A stretch of DNA of 64,000 nucleotides, taken from contig OZ316898.1 of assembly GCA_973895155.1 (NCBI GenBank), positions 16,847,420 to 16,911,419 on the forward strand, read 5' to 3'. The position numbers and the translations under genes were made by a program. Shown piece by piece: positions 36,783 through 50,600 of this stretch. The stretch's first letter is position 1, and each line of letters opens with the position of its first letter. The notes under the pieces are model-generated. The model did not search any database, was not told where the DNA came from, and saw nothing but the letters and a program-made list of their open reading frames with translations. The DNA is from Marsupella aquatica (lineage: Eukaryota > Plantae > Marchantiophyta).

Positions 36783-39420
36783 CATCTCAAAGCTTCATAG
36801 TTACCGGATCATGGTTTTGCTCACCTCTTTTCATAGAAGGATTTAGAAGTTTTTTCCTTAGCAATCTCTAGAGTGACTAACGGTCACGGCACATGATCAA
36901 TCTTAATTCATGGCCAAAAGTTATGGATCATGAATTAGGTAGTGCATGACTTTTGCTGTCAAAAATCTTAACTATTAGGTGAAAGCCTGTCAAGTTTAAA
37001 TGTTTTAAACCCCCTAGTGGAACCCTGTGGTTTAATGTTTAGAGAGCATTGACAGTTGTCATTCATATGGTCTCTGCTTCAAACTCGTGGACTAGTGTCT
37101 GCTGCCCCAGATAGAATATTGGAGGTCTTCACTAGAGAGTTCATTACTTTGGCTAACTTTGGAGCAAGGAAGAAGGAAGCACCCACCTTTAGCAGAGTGG
37201 TAGACGCGGCCAAATGTGGACATTATCTCATCAAACATTCTATGGTTTATGAGTGTCACAGGCAGCTACTGTATTTTTAAGTCAACGGTCCTTTAGTCGC
37301 ACCTGCATTGTAATGTCGTGTTTTTGCCGGCAGGAAGCTTTGATTGGAAGCAAAGTTCAATACAAAACATAGCAATATTTGTTATATACAAGATATAAAT
37401 ATTCCTCTGGCATAAACAGGACAAGGTATAAATCTTGAGCTATATTCAGGACAAAACATAGCAATATTTGTCCAATTAATTTCTCCCATTGCAGCCAAAC
37501 TGTTTTGAGGTGTTGGAGCCAGAACAATTATTATGAAGAACAATGTTGCCAGTCTTAGATCCAACAGTGATTGACTGTGGACCCTCAACAAATAACTGAA
37601 GCATATTTGTTGGTGAGGTTAGAGAATTCTCAAGGGCCATCAACAACCAGCAATTCAATGTAAGTCACCTTCTGAAATAATGCTCCTAGTTGTGAGGTTT
37701 GTTCCTGCAAGAATGCCTCTCCTTATCCTTGCTTGATACAGAAGCGCCGAGGAAATGGAAGGAGGTTGAAGAACATGCAATGACCCCAATATCATGGTGC
37801 TTGCTTGTCGTACTGACTAAGACCATTGAGATTGCTACAGTAGATTGCTAAATTTACTGGCTGACATAAAGCATGTGCATGCTCTGGCCTCACAGATCTT
37901 TGAAGTTTTGGATGTGTATGCACCTGACTTTCAAGGTGTGTTATCAGGTTATTGGGTAGGAGCAAAGAGGGTAATGAATCATCCTTCACATTATCGCATC
38001 ATATATAGTTGCCTCAATACTTGGGTGCTCTATCACCAAACACATGCTAAGCTCGACGCCTAGGACACCTTACAAAACATACTTCAGCCTTTTCTCTTTT
38101 GGCATCCAATGTTGAAGTGTATTATAGATTTAATTAGCTAACTCAGTCTTTTACCATACACATTGTCCAGGTGTTATATCAAATGAGTGACCAAGGGGTA
38201 CTGTTTTTGAATTATTGGCCTATGTGTTGTGGTCAAGTCTCAAAGATGACATTTTGGTTTTAAAGGAGACATCATTACAATTAAGAAGCTATGTTGTGCT
38301 TGAATTTGGGATGATGTTGTGTTTAAGTATTGACTCAAAATTCTTATCAGAGTATTTGTTTTCAAATTGATAGCCTATTTTTAGGGTGGGGGTCTCACTA
38401 TATGGAGACCTCCCCATCACCTGCAATGTTTTAAGGTCTTGGACCCCCTAAAATCAAAGGATTTTTTGTAACCCTTACAAATTATTTGATTAAAAATACA
38501 CTAGTGGGCTTATAAGTCTCAAAATTGGATTCAAAATACCCTATTGTTCTTTTGAAAAAATTCTTAAGTCTCCCCTTAGAACCAATAAAACGACCATATC
38601 CTTTGTCGCACGGGATATGTCATATTTGTGAAAATGAACTAGTCACAACGCCCACTTTGAACACAATGCCCTAGCAGAGTGTTAATGGGATGTAGTTTTC
38701 AGAAGAAAAAAACTTCCGTTTAGTGGGATAGTTTTTGACAATTTGACATGGTGGTGTTGTGTTTGGTGGAAGACTTTAACTTTGAACTTACCAGAGGACT
38801 GATATATATATTTTGTTAGATTGTTAACTCAAGGGAATGTGACTTCCAAATTGCTCATGCTGGGTCAGTTCAAACTTAAATTCCATACCTATGGGAACAA
38901 ACAGAGTCACTAAATATAGTCATGGAGAGTCAAATGACATATGAAGGTGGTTGTCAGACACGGTACAAACACTAGAATTATAATCAAATTAGTTTAAACA
39001 TCCAGGAAAGTAAAACTAAATCTACTGTGTAACTAGTGGGGAGTGCTCATTTACTGGCCAAGAGGTCTCAAGTTCAGGTCAAGCTACATCCTGCTTTGCA
39101 TTCATCTGCCTCTATGTAACTGAAAACATGGGGCTCATGAAGGTCTTTGGGAGTGGGGAGCATAGTAAGCCCTAGACCCAGGTACCCACCAATGGGTACA
39201 TTAGGGCATCTCAAAGCCTGGCATTAACAGGGTATGGCCCTCTCACAATTCCAGTAGCACAAGAACTCTTGTAAAAGTTATGGGAGTCAATCTTCAGCCA
39301 TCGTAAGGAAAACCCCTACGTTCAAGACTTAACCTGTAACCTGCCTGTAACTTTCTTGCAACGCAAATCCAGAAATCCAAAATTCCAGCACTCTGGAACT
39401 CCGCAAAGTTGCAACTGCAG

Positions 39421-39540
39421 GCACATGGGTTTTGCGTCTGACATGGTGATGATTGCTGCATTTGAGGTTGTGGCTTATGAAAAAAGGAGGAAAAAATATA
39501 GGCTATGGGACAAGTGAGGCCATAACTCCTGCCTTATGGG
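39421..39540. repeat. Dispersed repeat with a second copy at about 42021-42144
   Basis: GCACAT.GG.TTTGC.TCTGACATGGT.ATGA.TGCTGCATTTG.GGT.GTG...GTGAGG....AACTC..GCCTT.TGGG is present at both sites. Confidence 0.75.
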
Positions 39541-42500
39541 GTGGGTCAATGCTACCTCTCCCCATTTTGAAAATTCCATAATTGGGTTCCATAACCGGAA
39601 TTATGGGATATACCACAAATCCATAACTTTTCCTAATCACCCAACTTTAAGAAGTCCTATTGGGCATGGGTGACAAGGAAGGCAGCCAGGAAAGAGGTTT
39701 TGGAAGCACTTGTTTGCCATCCAAGTAAAGTAATTTTGTGGTTGTAAATGTAGGGTTGGTGATGCTTTGAAAGTGGAATGGACACACATGCAGGAAAATG
39801 TTATTACTTGCATTTTTAAGACTATTTCTCACATGGTGGGTGCAGTAAATTGAAAGCATAGCTTTCAATCTTTAAGCATCTCACATGTATGGCAGGGATT
39901 TAGGGACCTTGGTTTGAGTGTACATACTACAGTAGAGCATTTGTATCTTGGCGAGATCGTTAGAATGTAACTAATGAAGGGAGAGGAGCAGCTTAGAAGC
40001 AAGTCAGTATCTCGATGAGAACTTTAGATCCTAACTAATAAATTTGAGATGAGAAGCTACTTCAATGCTTTTGGTCTTAAAAAGTGAAGCTTCTTTACCC
40101 TGAATTTAAGGATGCAGCAGGGGTTGAGAGGGTTGAGTGTGTATTTGACATGAACAGACGTAGTATAGGTTTTATCTCTCTCTCTCTCTTCACCCTGACT
40201 GAAGGGGTGCAATATTAGTTGAGGGTGGGGTTATGACGTGAATGGTCTAAGTAGGTATGAACCGCAACTTAGGTTCAAAACTGAGGTTCAAAAGAACTGC
40301 TAATTAGGCTAGTGTTCGAGGATTGTCGTTATAGATGTTCATTGGCTTTGTGTCAGGCCGCAAGTTCATTAATAGAGAGGATTCTTTAATTAATACTAAC
40401 AAGGTCTGCATTCGTACTTCTGCTGGTTGTAGTAATCACAAATTGATCCTGAATTGATGGTGAAATATACCAAAAGGAAATTGTGAAACGTCCTCAACCT
40501 TCGATGTGTATTCATTATACTCTTCCATTAATTAATCAATCGGTACGCACAGCCGCACAGGATTGGACAACGTTAGAGTAGATGTGATTGAAGGGCAAAC
40601 GAATTTGAAATTTAGTGCATATTATCTATAAGTTATGGCAGATAAATGAAATCGAACCATTGATGGAGAATAGCACTGATGGAAGCTAGGTATGCCACGT
40701 CTGCTAAGTTCATGCAGATAACCTTTGATGTGTGATTCGTGAAAGCCCATCTCACGAGACTGGCTGATTAATGACTAAAGTCCCAGTGATAGTAAATACC
40801 CTGCATATTATAGTGATCATCAAAGAATTCAAAGTGTTGTGGATTGGGTGAGGAGGGCTTTCATTAGCTAATGGGGCCCTAAGTGGTGGAATGAGATTGT
40901 TACTAAAGGGGGCTTGCCACCATAGTACCACGCTTTTATACTTTGTTATTACGCTCAGAGAATGCCATAAAGAGCCGATTGATTGTGCCTTGCTCCAACT
41001 CTGACAATCTCGAAATCTGACTTGTAAAAGTGCAAGTTCATTAATCGAGCCAAGATAACAATGCTTACTACAGTAGTTAAGTTGACGTACTGTAGTTAGT
41101 TGGGATCTGCCCATACAATGTTGGTCTAAAATGTGGATGTGTGATAAAGTTGTCTGGAAAATTAAAAACCATAGTGTTAACTTGGGTCACGATTTTGAAG
41201 GGCAAGAAGTGAGTTATACTCGCTTTATACATTTGCAGTTGGCAATCTTTCTCTTTGAGAAAGTCTTGTGAGTAGTGTGTTTGGTACTTCGTATATACCT
41301 GTGCATGCATGTGTTTATCGCCTATTCCACTTAACACCATGTTGGTTTGGCGCGTTTCTCCTCATGTAAAGTTTTTGTGGCTGTCATGTCGAGAATTTAC
41401 TCTCTATTTTCCAAAACTGCTTGCATATTTTTCCAGCCACTGTCTTTGAGAGATCATTTTTTCATTATTTACGCAAACCAAATTACAATTGCAGCATTAA
41501 AATTTTCACAATTTATAATGAGAATGCAGCTCACATGACATGGATATGATGCCATTAAGGTGACTGAGACTGGTCTCCTTTGCAACTAAAAATTTACAAC
41601 TGTCTTGATTTGTAGCCCAACTACATGCTATGGATGATACAAGTGAACTTCCTTGATTGTGTAGTCTATATACTTATGTGTCCAACACTTTCCATATTTA
41701 ATGTGGGATGTATTTCGCTCTCCTGCTGATCGTGCAAAAAATATAATCACATGCTGTTTGATATGTGCACAATTCTCTCATTGCACTGGAAATGGCCTCT
41801 CCCAATCCTCTCTAGTGCCTTTTCCAAGTCCTAAGCAATTAGGGAGGTCCACATCCAAGTGCAAGCAAGGTCACCAACCAGCACATGGGAAAGGATGGGA
41901 AACAAAAGCATTAAGAAAAAGCAGGGCATGCCAAATTCTTAATGTATTGCAAAAATTAGGGCTTAAGAAAATTTGAGTAAGCCAATTCTATCTATGAGGT
42001 ATGGGGCAGTGGACAAAGCTGCACATTGGCTTTGCTTCTGACATGGTCATGACTGCTGCATTTGCGGTGGTGACTGATCAAGAATGAAGGAAAAAGAAGA
42101 TATGCTACAAGACAAAGGTGAGGTCGCAACTCAAGCCTTGTGGGACTTTGCATGTACCAACTTTTTAATTTTACAAGCTGGGTTGATGCTGGGACAATGT
42201 TTCACATTGGCACCTTGATGGACCAAACACTTGTTTCCAACCAGAAGAGTGACTTGATTAAAAAATAGTCCATGCGGTTGCAGTTGTCCATCAAAGCACC
42301 TTGTCAAATATTTCCATGTGGTTGGTTCTAAGGTCCCAGAGGCAGCCAAGACATGAGCACTACCTCCCATGTGGTTGTCTCTAAATTTGTCTAATATGGT
42401 CCCAAATAAAGAGTTCACAGCAGCATGATCAGTGCCAATGTTAAAATAGCAAATTAGACAAATTGTCACCCAATATACCCCACAGCTAAGGAAGCAAAAA

Positions 42501-42639
42501 GCGAGTGGGAGGCCAGTGTTTTCAAACCCCAGAGCCCATGTTGTATTAAACCATGGTTGCGACTATTAAAGTGAGTGGAAATACTTGATGGTGGAACTTG
42601 TGGTTTAACTTTAAAATGGGGACAAGTCTCACAAAGTCA

Positions 42640-43350
42640 AATGGTACTACACCGTGATAAAAAGGCCTTCAGTACTTTATATGGGAACCTTTAGCTTCAC
42701 TTTTATATTCTATGGGAACAAAGCAAACCGACTATAAATCAACGAGGAGTAGTTCACTTTGGAGGTTGCAGTTTAACATACAGAAAGAACGCAAATGGGA
42801 CTAAATCCCGCTCTGAAAGGGTGTCAAGTAGATTGTATGGCAAGTTGGAGTTTAACTTAGATGGAGAACTCAGATAGGAATGAATTCCACTGTAAAAGGG
42901 GGTCTCGAGTTTTTTATACGTAACTTGTAGTTTCACTTAAATGGAAACTATTGTCATGAAACGAGAAATATTCATATTTCCAAAAGAGGCATGAGTTGTA
43001 GATCTTGGGTTCAAATCTTGTAACTGGCTTGTGTTGCCTCCTTTTCAGCGGGGTCACTATTTCTACTTAAAAAGAAGAGAAGGAAATAAAGAACAAATAC
43101 TCATATTGAATGGAATTGAATTCCTCCATAAAAGGCTGGGGAGCGGTTTACAGCGGAATTTTTAGTTAAATTTAAATGGAGAATTGAACTCAGATTAAAT
43201 CCGACTATAAAATCGTTCTCGAGTATATTTTATGGGAACTTGTAGTCTAACTGAATTGGATCTCTCACAACAGTACCCCACTATAAAAGGGATCTCGAGT
43301 ATTTTATATTGTAACTTGTAGGTTAACTTAATTCGATGGAAAGTCTCACG
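42640..43350. repeat. Array of diverged units of about 80 bp (probable TE subterminal repeats)
   Basis: Recurring CACT(A/G)TAAAAGG...TCTCGAGT.TTTTATA..(G)AACTTGTAG.TTAACT.AA.TGGA units near 42650, 42810, 42890, 43200 and 43280. Confidence 0.6.
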
Positions 43351-45264
43351 AAAGGACCCCACTATTAAACGGCGGTTCGTCCGGATCCTTTTTCCTTGCT
43401 TGTCTTGAATGCCACTAACGTATCCTACTTTCAGTGACATGGAGTGCCATTTAACAAACACGCATTTGGACGCTCAGTTTAGCTTTAGACAAAAAAGATA
43501 CTCTACCCGAGACCCCAGTAGTGCATTCCGCTGTTTTTTGCAAGCAGCCGAATTAGAGTCGCACAACTGTAGCACGACCGTCCAATACTAAGACCAGCCG
43601 AGGAAGCATGGAATTATTTATTGGGCGAGCGATCAGCGGGCCGGAAACAGGGAAACTCAAATTCCCAGCGCCAGAGTAATAAATAATTAATTCTCAAACC
43701 GTGCCCGCTTGGAACCCGTTCCCGGGCACTTTGTCCTGTCTCGCCTCTGCCCGGCGGTTCATCTTCCGGCGCGATAGCGTCTAGCTACTAAGTAAGTTTA
43801 GTGTCACTGCCCTCCTAATGAACATGCTATATGTGCACACCAGCGTATAGGTTTTTCTCTTTTATAACCTGTTTGATTTGATTTGAAATAGAACAATTTA
43901 AGCAGATTAAACCCTGGAAAAATGATTCATGCATATTTGCCTTGAAAAGAACCATAATATATAACAAAGGAAAAATAATTATACTGAAGGGAAAATATAA
44001 GAGGTTTAAAGAGGACAAAAACAAATGAATAGGAAAAAGGCAAATGCACCTGGGAAAGAATAAGAGGGAATCAAACACATAGAAATCCATTTAATGAAAG
44101 TTGCACAATAGTTTTGTGAAATTGCTATGAACAGAAATGGACTCTTGAGAATTTGACTTGCTTTTCTAAACTTGGGCTTGGTTAATTAATTAAAGTCTAC
44201 TCAAGAAGTGAGGATCGACAGCTGATAATTACTGTACATGCAGTGAGACAGAGAGTGTATTGGGTTCAGACACATGTGCAGATATGTTGCATTCAACTCC
44301 TTCATTTCGAAACGTTTTCTAGAAAGTTTGGTTCAAAATTACGCCAGGTTTCAAACAAAACATCAGTGAATGGATAGGGTTGTTGATTCCTAATATTTTA
44401 AAGGATTGCTGACCCTCAGATTTTCCAAAATTTAAGGAGAACGATTCGATTCTAGAGAGTAGGATATCTTGGTAGGCAAGAAAGTGGCTAATTATTGAGC
44501 AAAAGCGTCTAATAGGTTTTATTGGAGCGTACTTTTATCGAACCTTCCTACTTGGGAAAATACTATGGTACAAACTTTACACCATTCCAAACGGGCCGGA
44601 AAATAAACTTCGTTTCAGCTTCCCAAATCTATTTTCAAAAAGAGGGGCACTTTTTAAAATGTTGGAAGCAGGCTCTTAATTATTATTGAGTTGTGTAATT
44701 AGAATTGCCGCGTGTTTGTGTTCGTGCCTCTGCCCGCCGGGCTGGCTGCCCGGATGCGAGGCGAGAGCGGGCAGAAGTGTAAGCTTTTCGCTGCCCGTTG
44801 CGTGACACGAAACATGGTCTTCGTTCGTACCGTAATAATTATGCCGCGACGTCGCGTTTTTTGTTACCTGAGCGCGTGGTTCGCAGGCTGGAGCCAGCGG
44901 GCTGCCCCGGGATGCCTTCCAGTCAGGACTCCGGGCAGAGGACAAAACGTTTCCCGGGCAGGGCAGGCTGTATCACGGTCCCGGGCTGGCCCGTCAGAGA
45001 ACCCCTGGTCGGTATAGCTGGAGAGGGGGCAGCCTTGACCCAGCACGCCGCCTTGCCCGTGTCCAAAATAATACTTCTACACTAGTGTCATCCAATCGCT
45101 ATTCCCTCATGACTTAATTTGCACTTGAGTAAATAAGCGAAGATCATAGGATTATTCTCTCGTTTGCGTTCGAAATTTAGTGCTCTAAAATTTATCACCA
45201 ATAAGTTAAAATAGGATGGTCTTAGAATGGGCTAGCTATATAACTAAAATTGAGAGTACTAGTG

Positions 45265-45670
45265 GAAAGTAAGGTAGTGTGAGTCTGAAAATGATGCAAA
45301 AATCTAGGGTCGTGTTCAAAGTTTACATCGCACAGGTTAAGGGCCGAGAGTGAAATATCTAGACAATGACTGTTGAGTGTCAATAAAATTGAGTGTGCAG
45401 ATGGAAATTAATGATTGGGGGTAGGGTGAATCTCTGAAAATGGTGAAAGAATCTCCTCACATCTATTTAGGTTCAAAGAAATGTATTTAGACTATCTTTG
45501 GTTAAAAATGCATACTACTCTCATATTTAATTTCAAAACCAATAGGATAGAGTTTCCAAGGAAAAACACTGCGTAGAGTGAGTAGTTGTAACGAAGAGAC
45601 TTAGAGAGGGTAAGGTGAGTCTCTGGAAATGATGCAAAAATCTCCTCACATCCATTCAGGTTCAAAGAAA
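45265..45670. repeat. Three diverged copies of a motif of about 60 bp upstream of the CslA promoter
   Basis: GGTA.GGTGA.TCTCTG.AAATG.TG.AA.AATCTCCTCACATC.ATT.AGGTTCAAAGAAA near 45418 and 45608, with a partial copy near 45270. Confidence 0.7.
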
Positions 45671-45899
45671 CCCATTGGCACTAATTTTGCAAGTGATTTT
45701 CTAGTAAATGATGCAAGTGATTTTCATTTTTAAAAATTATAGACATATATCGAGTCCTTGCAGCAATGACACGTAGAAACCCATTCACAATGGTCGTGGT
45801 AAATAAGAGCACCATTCGTAAAATTTAAGTGATAAAGCTATTATTACCACAAGGCCTAAAATGGTTTGCTTAGTGTGGCGCACATAATTAAGTAGTTTT

Positions 45900-46580
45900 T
45901 TGCATGATCCGAGATGGGCCTACGGCACTCTGGCAGCAGGGGTCGGGTCGGGGCGCGTCGCGACGTCCAGATGGCCGGCTGCGATTGCGGGCGCCCGCTT
46001 GACCGTGAGCGGGGGCCCTCGATTGGCTGGGGGCCGGCGGGGGCGAGGGTGACCTGGAGCGGAGGGAGCGCAGGGGAGAGGCAGTTTGACGGTAACGGGA
46101 CGGAGCGGGGAGCGGGGAACGGGGAGGGAGAGGGGAGAAAATTGTGGCTGTTGCGAAGTTGAACGAAAAGGACCGGGCACCGGCAACGTTGGGCCGATCC
46201 GTCGGTCCGATTGCGCGTCCAGTGGGTCGTCGGGTGGACGGTCCGCGGTGAGTTGTGTCATATTGTGTGTGTGGGACTGTGGGTGCCAGGCTCGGGTCTG
46301 GGCAGACAGACGGAAAGCTGGCTAGCTGGCCTTGGGCTGGACTGGCTTGGGGTGGCCAGAGGTGGTGGCCCCGGGCAGGGGAGGCCCCAAGGGGGAGCGC
46401 AAGGAAGGTGCGAATCAAGTGAGAGGGAGGGGGCTTTCTGAGGAGACAGAAAGCCAGCTTTTGGTGAGAGGGAGGGAGGGAAAGGGAGGAGATCGTCGAG
46501 AGAAGGAGGAAGGAAGAGGAGGAGGGAGGGCGAGGCATATAATTGTTGGCCCACCGTGTGCGTTCGGTATCAGTCCAGTT
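45900..46580 (+). promoter_or_regulatory. GC/CpG-rich promoter island of the CslA gene with candidate TATA and initiator
   Basis: Abrupt switch from AT-rich repeats to very GC- and CpG-rich DNA with G/A tracts. TATAAT at 46538-46543 is followed by an initiator-like TCAGT at 46570-46574, about 1.05 kb upstream of the CslA ATG. Confidence 0.6.
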
Positions 46581-47621
46581 TTCGTTGGAAGGAAGGAAGC
46601 AAGAGCAGGAGTGAAGGATCCATCGTCGAGTTGGGTTGGGTCTGCTCTTGCTTCGCTGCGCTCCTCACACGGCACACTGCACTGGCAACTGCACTGGGGG
46701 GCGATTTTGTGCTTTTCTCTCGGTCTGTGTAGACGTCTGTCGCGGCTGGGCTGCATTTTTGCTTGCATGATTTTCTCGTAACACGGACTGACGAACGAAC
46801 TGACTCGCTCGCTGCGCTGTGGGGGATAATCGATTCGCAACAAGCGAGAGATCTTGGGAGTGAGTGAGTGAGTGAGTGGCGTTCGTGCCCACATCTCGGT
46901 TGTTGGAGTGGGAGAGGTTTCTGTTGGGAGCAGCGGCAGCAGGAAAGCAAAGTCGACAGGAAGAAAAACTTGCGGGGAGGCAGGCAGAAAGGCCGTGGTG
47001 GTGGTGTGGTAGCTGTGCGAGTCAATCTGATTCAGCTGGTTCTTCGTCACCTGCGTTGCGTACTTCTAGTGCAAGTGATCGAGGTGAACTGCAGAGTTCG
47101 GAGTTGCCGCAGCACAGGGTGGCTTTAGCACACATGCGTGTGCTCATCCAGGAGTAACTCGTCATTATTCATCCGCCGCGCATGGTCTCCGATTAATTGG
47201 ACTGGGCACCATCCGGGAGGGTGGAGGGACCAGCGCGGAGTACATGTCCAAAAATTTCTGAGGGTTTGTGCCACGCTGGGCATCTTCAGAGCTTAGCGTC
47301 CAATGCAGGTTGTCTGGAGTAGTCGTTTGTGCTGAGGGGAATGAGCAGCATGGGCTACTGTTAATTTGTCGGATGTTGTTGTTGGGTACATCGTATAATG
47401 ACCTGGGATTGCGAGGCACGATTTAGCTCAAGGTTGGGTTTGGAAAGAGGATCCAGCATCGCCTAGGTGGCTTCAGCCTGCTTTCCATTGGAGTGACAAT
47501 GACCATGACATTTCTCTAGTAGCGTGCGTCAGCTGATCACATTCCTATCTACTAGGTTGTGCCTAGTGTTACCGGCTGTCTCTCGTCAATTGCACCAGCA
47601 GTGTCATAGCAGGGTATCGTC

Positions 47622-50600
47622 ATGGCTCGTCTTGGGAGTGGGTTTATGGCCCAGAGCATGGATCAGACTGCAAATGAGGACACTATTGAGGGCCTTGCGA
47701 GTCTGTGGTTGAGGTGGCGAGCCCCGGTCATCGCACCCATGGTGCAATTTGCCATCAACATATGCCTAGTTATGGTGGCAATGATGTTCCTTGAGAGGGT
47801 GTATATGTGTGTAGTACTGTTCTACGTCAAAGTCCTTAGACGAACGCCGGGCAACACATATAAGTTCATACCCATGAGGGATGACGGGTCTGAGCTCGGG
47901 ACTTCGCATTACCCAATGGTTCTGGTGCAGGTGCCTATGTACAACGAAAGAGAGGTAAGCCCACCTCCTCGTTCGACACCTGTGTCGGCATTGCTTGTGA
48001 TATTCCGAGCAGTTACTCCTGTCTGAAGGAAAACAGACTGAAGATGTCAGTGTGCCGTCTACCCTATTTGCCACCAACGTTTCCTGCAATGGCTGTGGAC
48101 TCGTTTTGAGCTGACTATTTGCTACGTTCAGGTGTATCAACTTTCTATCGGAGCTGCATGTGGTCTCTCCTGGCCCACAGACCGTATCATCATACAAATT
48201 TTGGACGATTCTACCGATCCCGAAATCAAGGTGAAATTTCGTTGCCACCAATCCCGTTAATGTCGATCCTCTGTGGAACTGCTTGTATGCTCTTGTGCCG
48301 CTTCGTGCCCCAGTTATCGTCGAGTTGTTCGTAGTCCCACCATCGTTCTGGAGTCGTTTATTGCTAGTAAGCTGGAAAGCTCATTTGATTCGCTGTTGTA
48401 TACGTTCGTCACTTTTACGTCACGTTTCAGCCATTCACAGTATGCAATATGTGGTGTGGACATCGAACTTTGCAGCGGTTCCTGTTTTCTCAGTTCGCGA
48501 CTTTCTACATTGTTCCGAAATGTCGTCTCTGTGAAGCCGGGCAGGGCTTGTTGGACTAATGTTGGTCGTGATTTTCCTCAGGCTCTGGTGCACTCCGAAT
48601 GCCAACGGTGGGCCGGGAAGGGCATCAACATCAAGTACGAAGTCAGGCCGAACAGGGTTGGATATAAGGCGGGCGCGCTCCGAGAAGGAATGAAGCGCAG
48701 TTATGTTCGTCTGTGTGACTATGTTGCGATATTCGACGCGGACTTCCAACCTGAATCAGATTTCTTGCATAGAACCATCCCGTATCTCGTTCACAATGCG
48801 GATGTCGGTCTTGTGCAAGCCCGTTGGAAATTTGGTACGTATCACCTTTCTCTCTGACCACACCAGCCTTCTCGCTGCATTGCGCTTGCTAAGTCTCGTC
48901 GATGTGTGGTTAAACTTCGTTTGCCTCCCAGATAGCTGATCTCTTAAAGACGGCCACCCATGCTTTCCTTTTTCATACTGAGTGGAGTATGCGCGAAAGG
49001 AGTCAATAATGTGTGGGTGCGTGGGCCCGGCTTCATGAGTTAATGAGCCCTTATTGTGATTGTTCTGCCTTTTTCCGGAGAGGGTTGATTGCTGCGATAG
49101 ATGCACACAACGGGAAGGATCCTAGCAGCCAACGATGTGCATCCAGTTGTCTTCTTCCCTAGTTGTTCCGGGAATCCACATGCACAGGAATATCGAAGTC
49201 TTGAACCTTTTTGTTCTCTCCCACTAACAAGCTGTAGTGGGATGCGTTTTCCTAGTGTTAGGTGTCGTTAAAGTCTAAGTTGGTAGTATTCACATATCAT
49301 TCTCAGTCAGGGTTTGTTTCCGGGCTTGGAAGAGTTGCAGCAGAGAATCGTATACATTTGTGCCATCTCACTGCCGCGGAAACAGTATAGCATATCCTTG
49401 TGCCTCGACCGCATGGACGAACTGTTTTCTCTTGAGGTTACCACCTGCGCTGAACCTCGTAGATTTTGTTGGACATACGCCCCGTGCGGTTAATCTTCGG
49501 TGGGAGCACATCCGAGTTGGTCCCGCGTTGGGTGGCTCCGGGCTTAAACTGCCTTCGCAGTTTCGCGGTATGAAGTCAGTCCACACCAAAAATTGTCAGT
49601 TTCAGGCAACGAAATGTTGTTCTGACGGAGTTCTGTAGAGTCTTATGTATGTGTCATCACTCACACAGATGTGACGTTTCAGCAGTGTTATTTGTTTCGT
49701 TGTTGATAGCCTCCGGAGTCTGTCCGGTCCACACAACTTACATGGTGGATCGTGTGAGGAAGTGTTTATTGCATGTCCTGCTCTTAATACTCGTCAGCGG
49801 GTCCCATCAGGCTCCTCAAAAGAAACCCCATGTCATGTCCTTGACCCGGCAGATGGCTTGTAGCCATAGTTTTGCCGGTAACCATCAGCTCAGCAAGAGA
49901 AGCAAACATGAAGTAAAGTAGTGTGGTCGTACTGCAGTCAGAGCCGGACTCAGATGTGCACTGGCCGTGGCTATGTGTACGTTCACGAACAGCTCTGAGG
50001 AGAGTTCCCATGTACGTAACGTCATAGCTCACAGGCAGCGTTGAGATCCGCGGATCTACACCGATGGGTTGAAAATCTAGGCTATGAGTAGGTGATTGAT
50101 TGACTAGTATCTGCAGACTCCAGTTGTGTTGTTCCCTTCCCAGACTGCGAGGCATCCACGTGGTGCGGGTAAGCCGCAGGAACGTTAATTGTACTCTACA
50201 TCTGCCACCCCTGCGAAGGAGTGCTCTATCTCGCCGAGTTCCGCAGTCATTGGTCAGATCTCTTGCACGAACCTTTGGGGACTGTAAAGGGATTTGTATG
50301 GTGCGGAACAAGTGTAGAGGTACTGCACTCACAGGTTTTACATGACTGACAGCATGTCGGCCCGCCGCCCAAGTAGGTCCGGAAATAGTATCTGCAGCTG
50401 GAAGCTATCCTTAATAGCTGCTCGCAGTTGAAACTCCATTACTTCCTGCATGATTACGGGTGGAAATGATGTGGGGTGGGTGTTGGGTCGGAAGATGGGC
50501 CCACTTGATGTTTGTCCTGCGTTGTCGGTCAGCTATTGCGTCTCATCCGTGATATCATTATTATAATCGGCTGTGCACCCTTTTTTCTGGGGATAGCCGG

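Noticed and set aside
45888-47157. Many overlapping 75-216 aa ORFs on both strands
   Set aside because: Expected from stop-codon scarcity in very GC-rich promoter and leader DNA. The translations are low-complexity with no recognisable domain.
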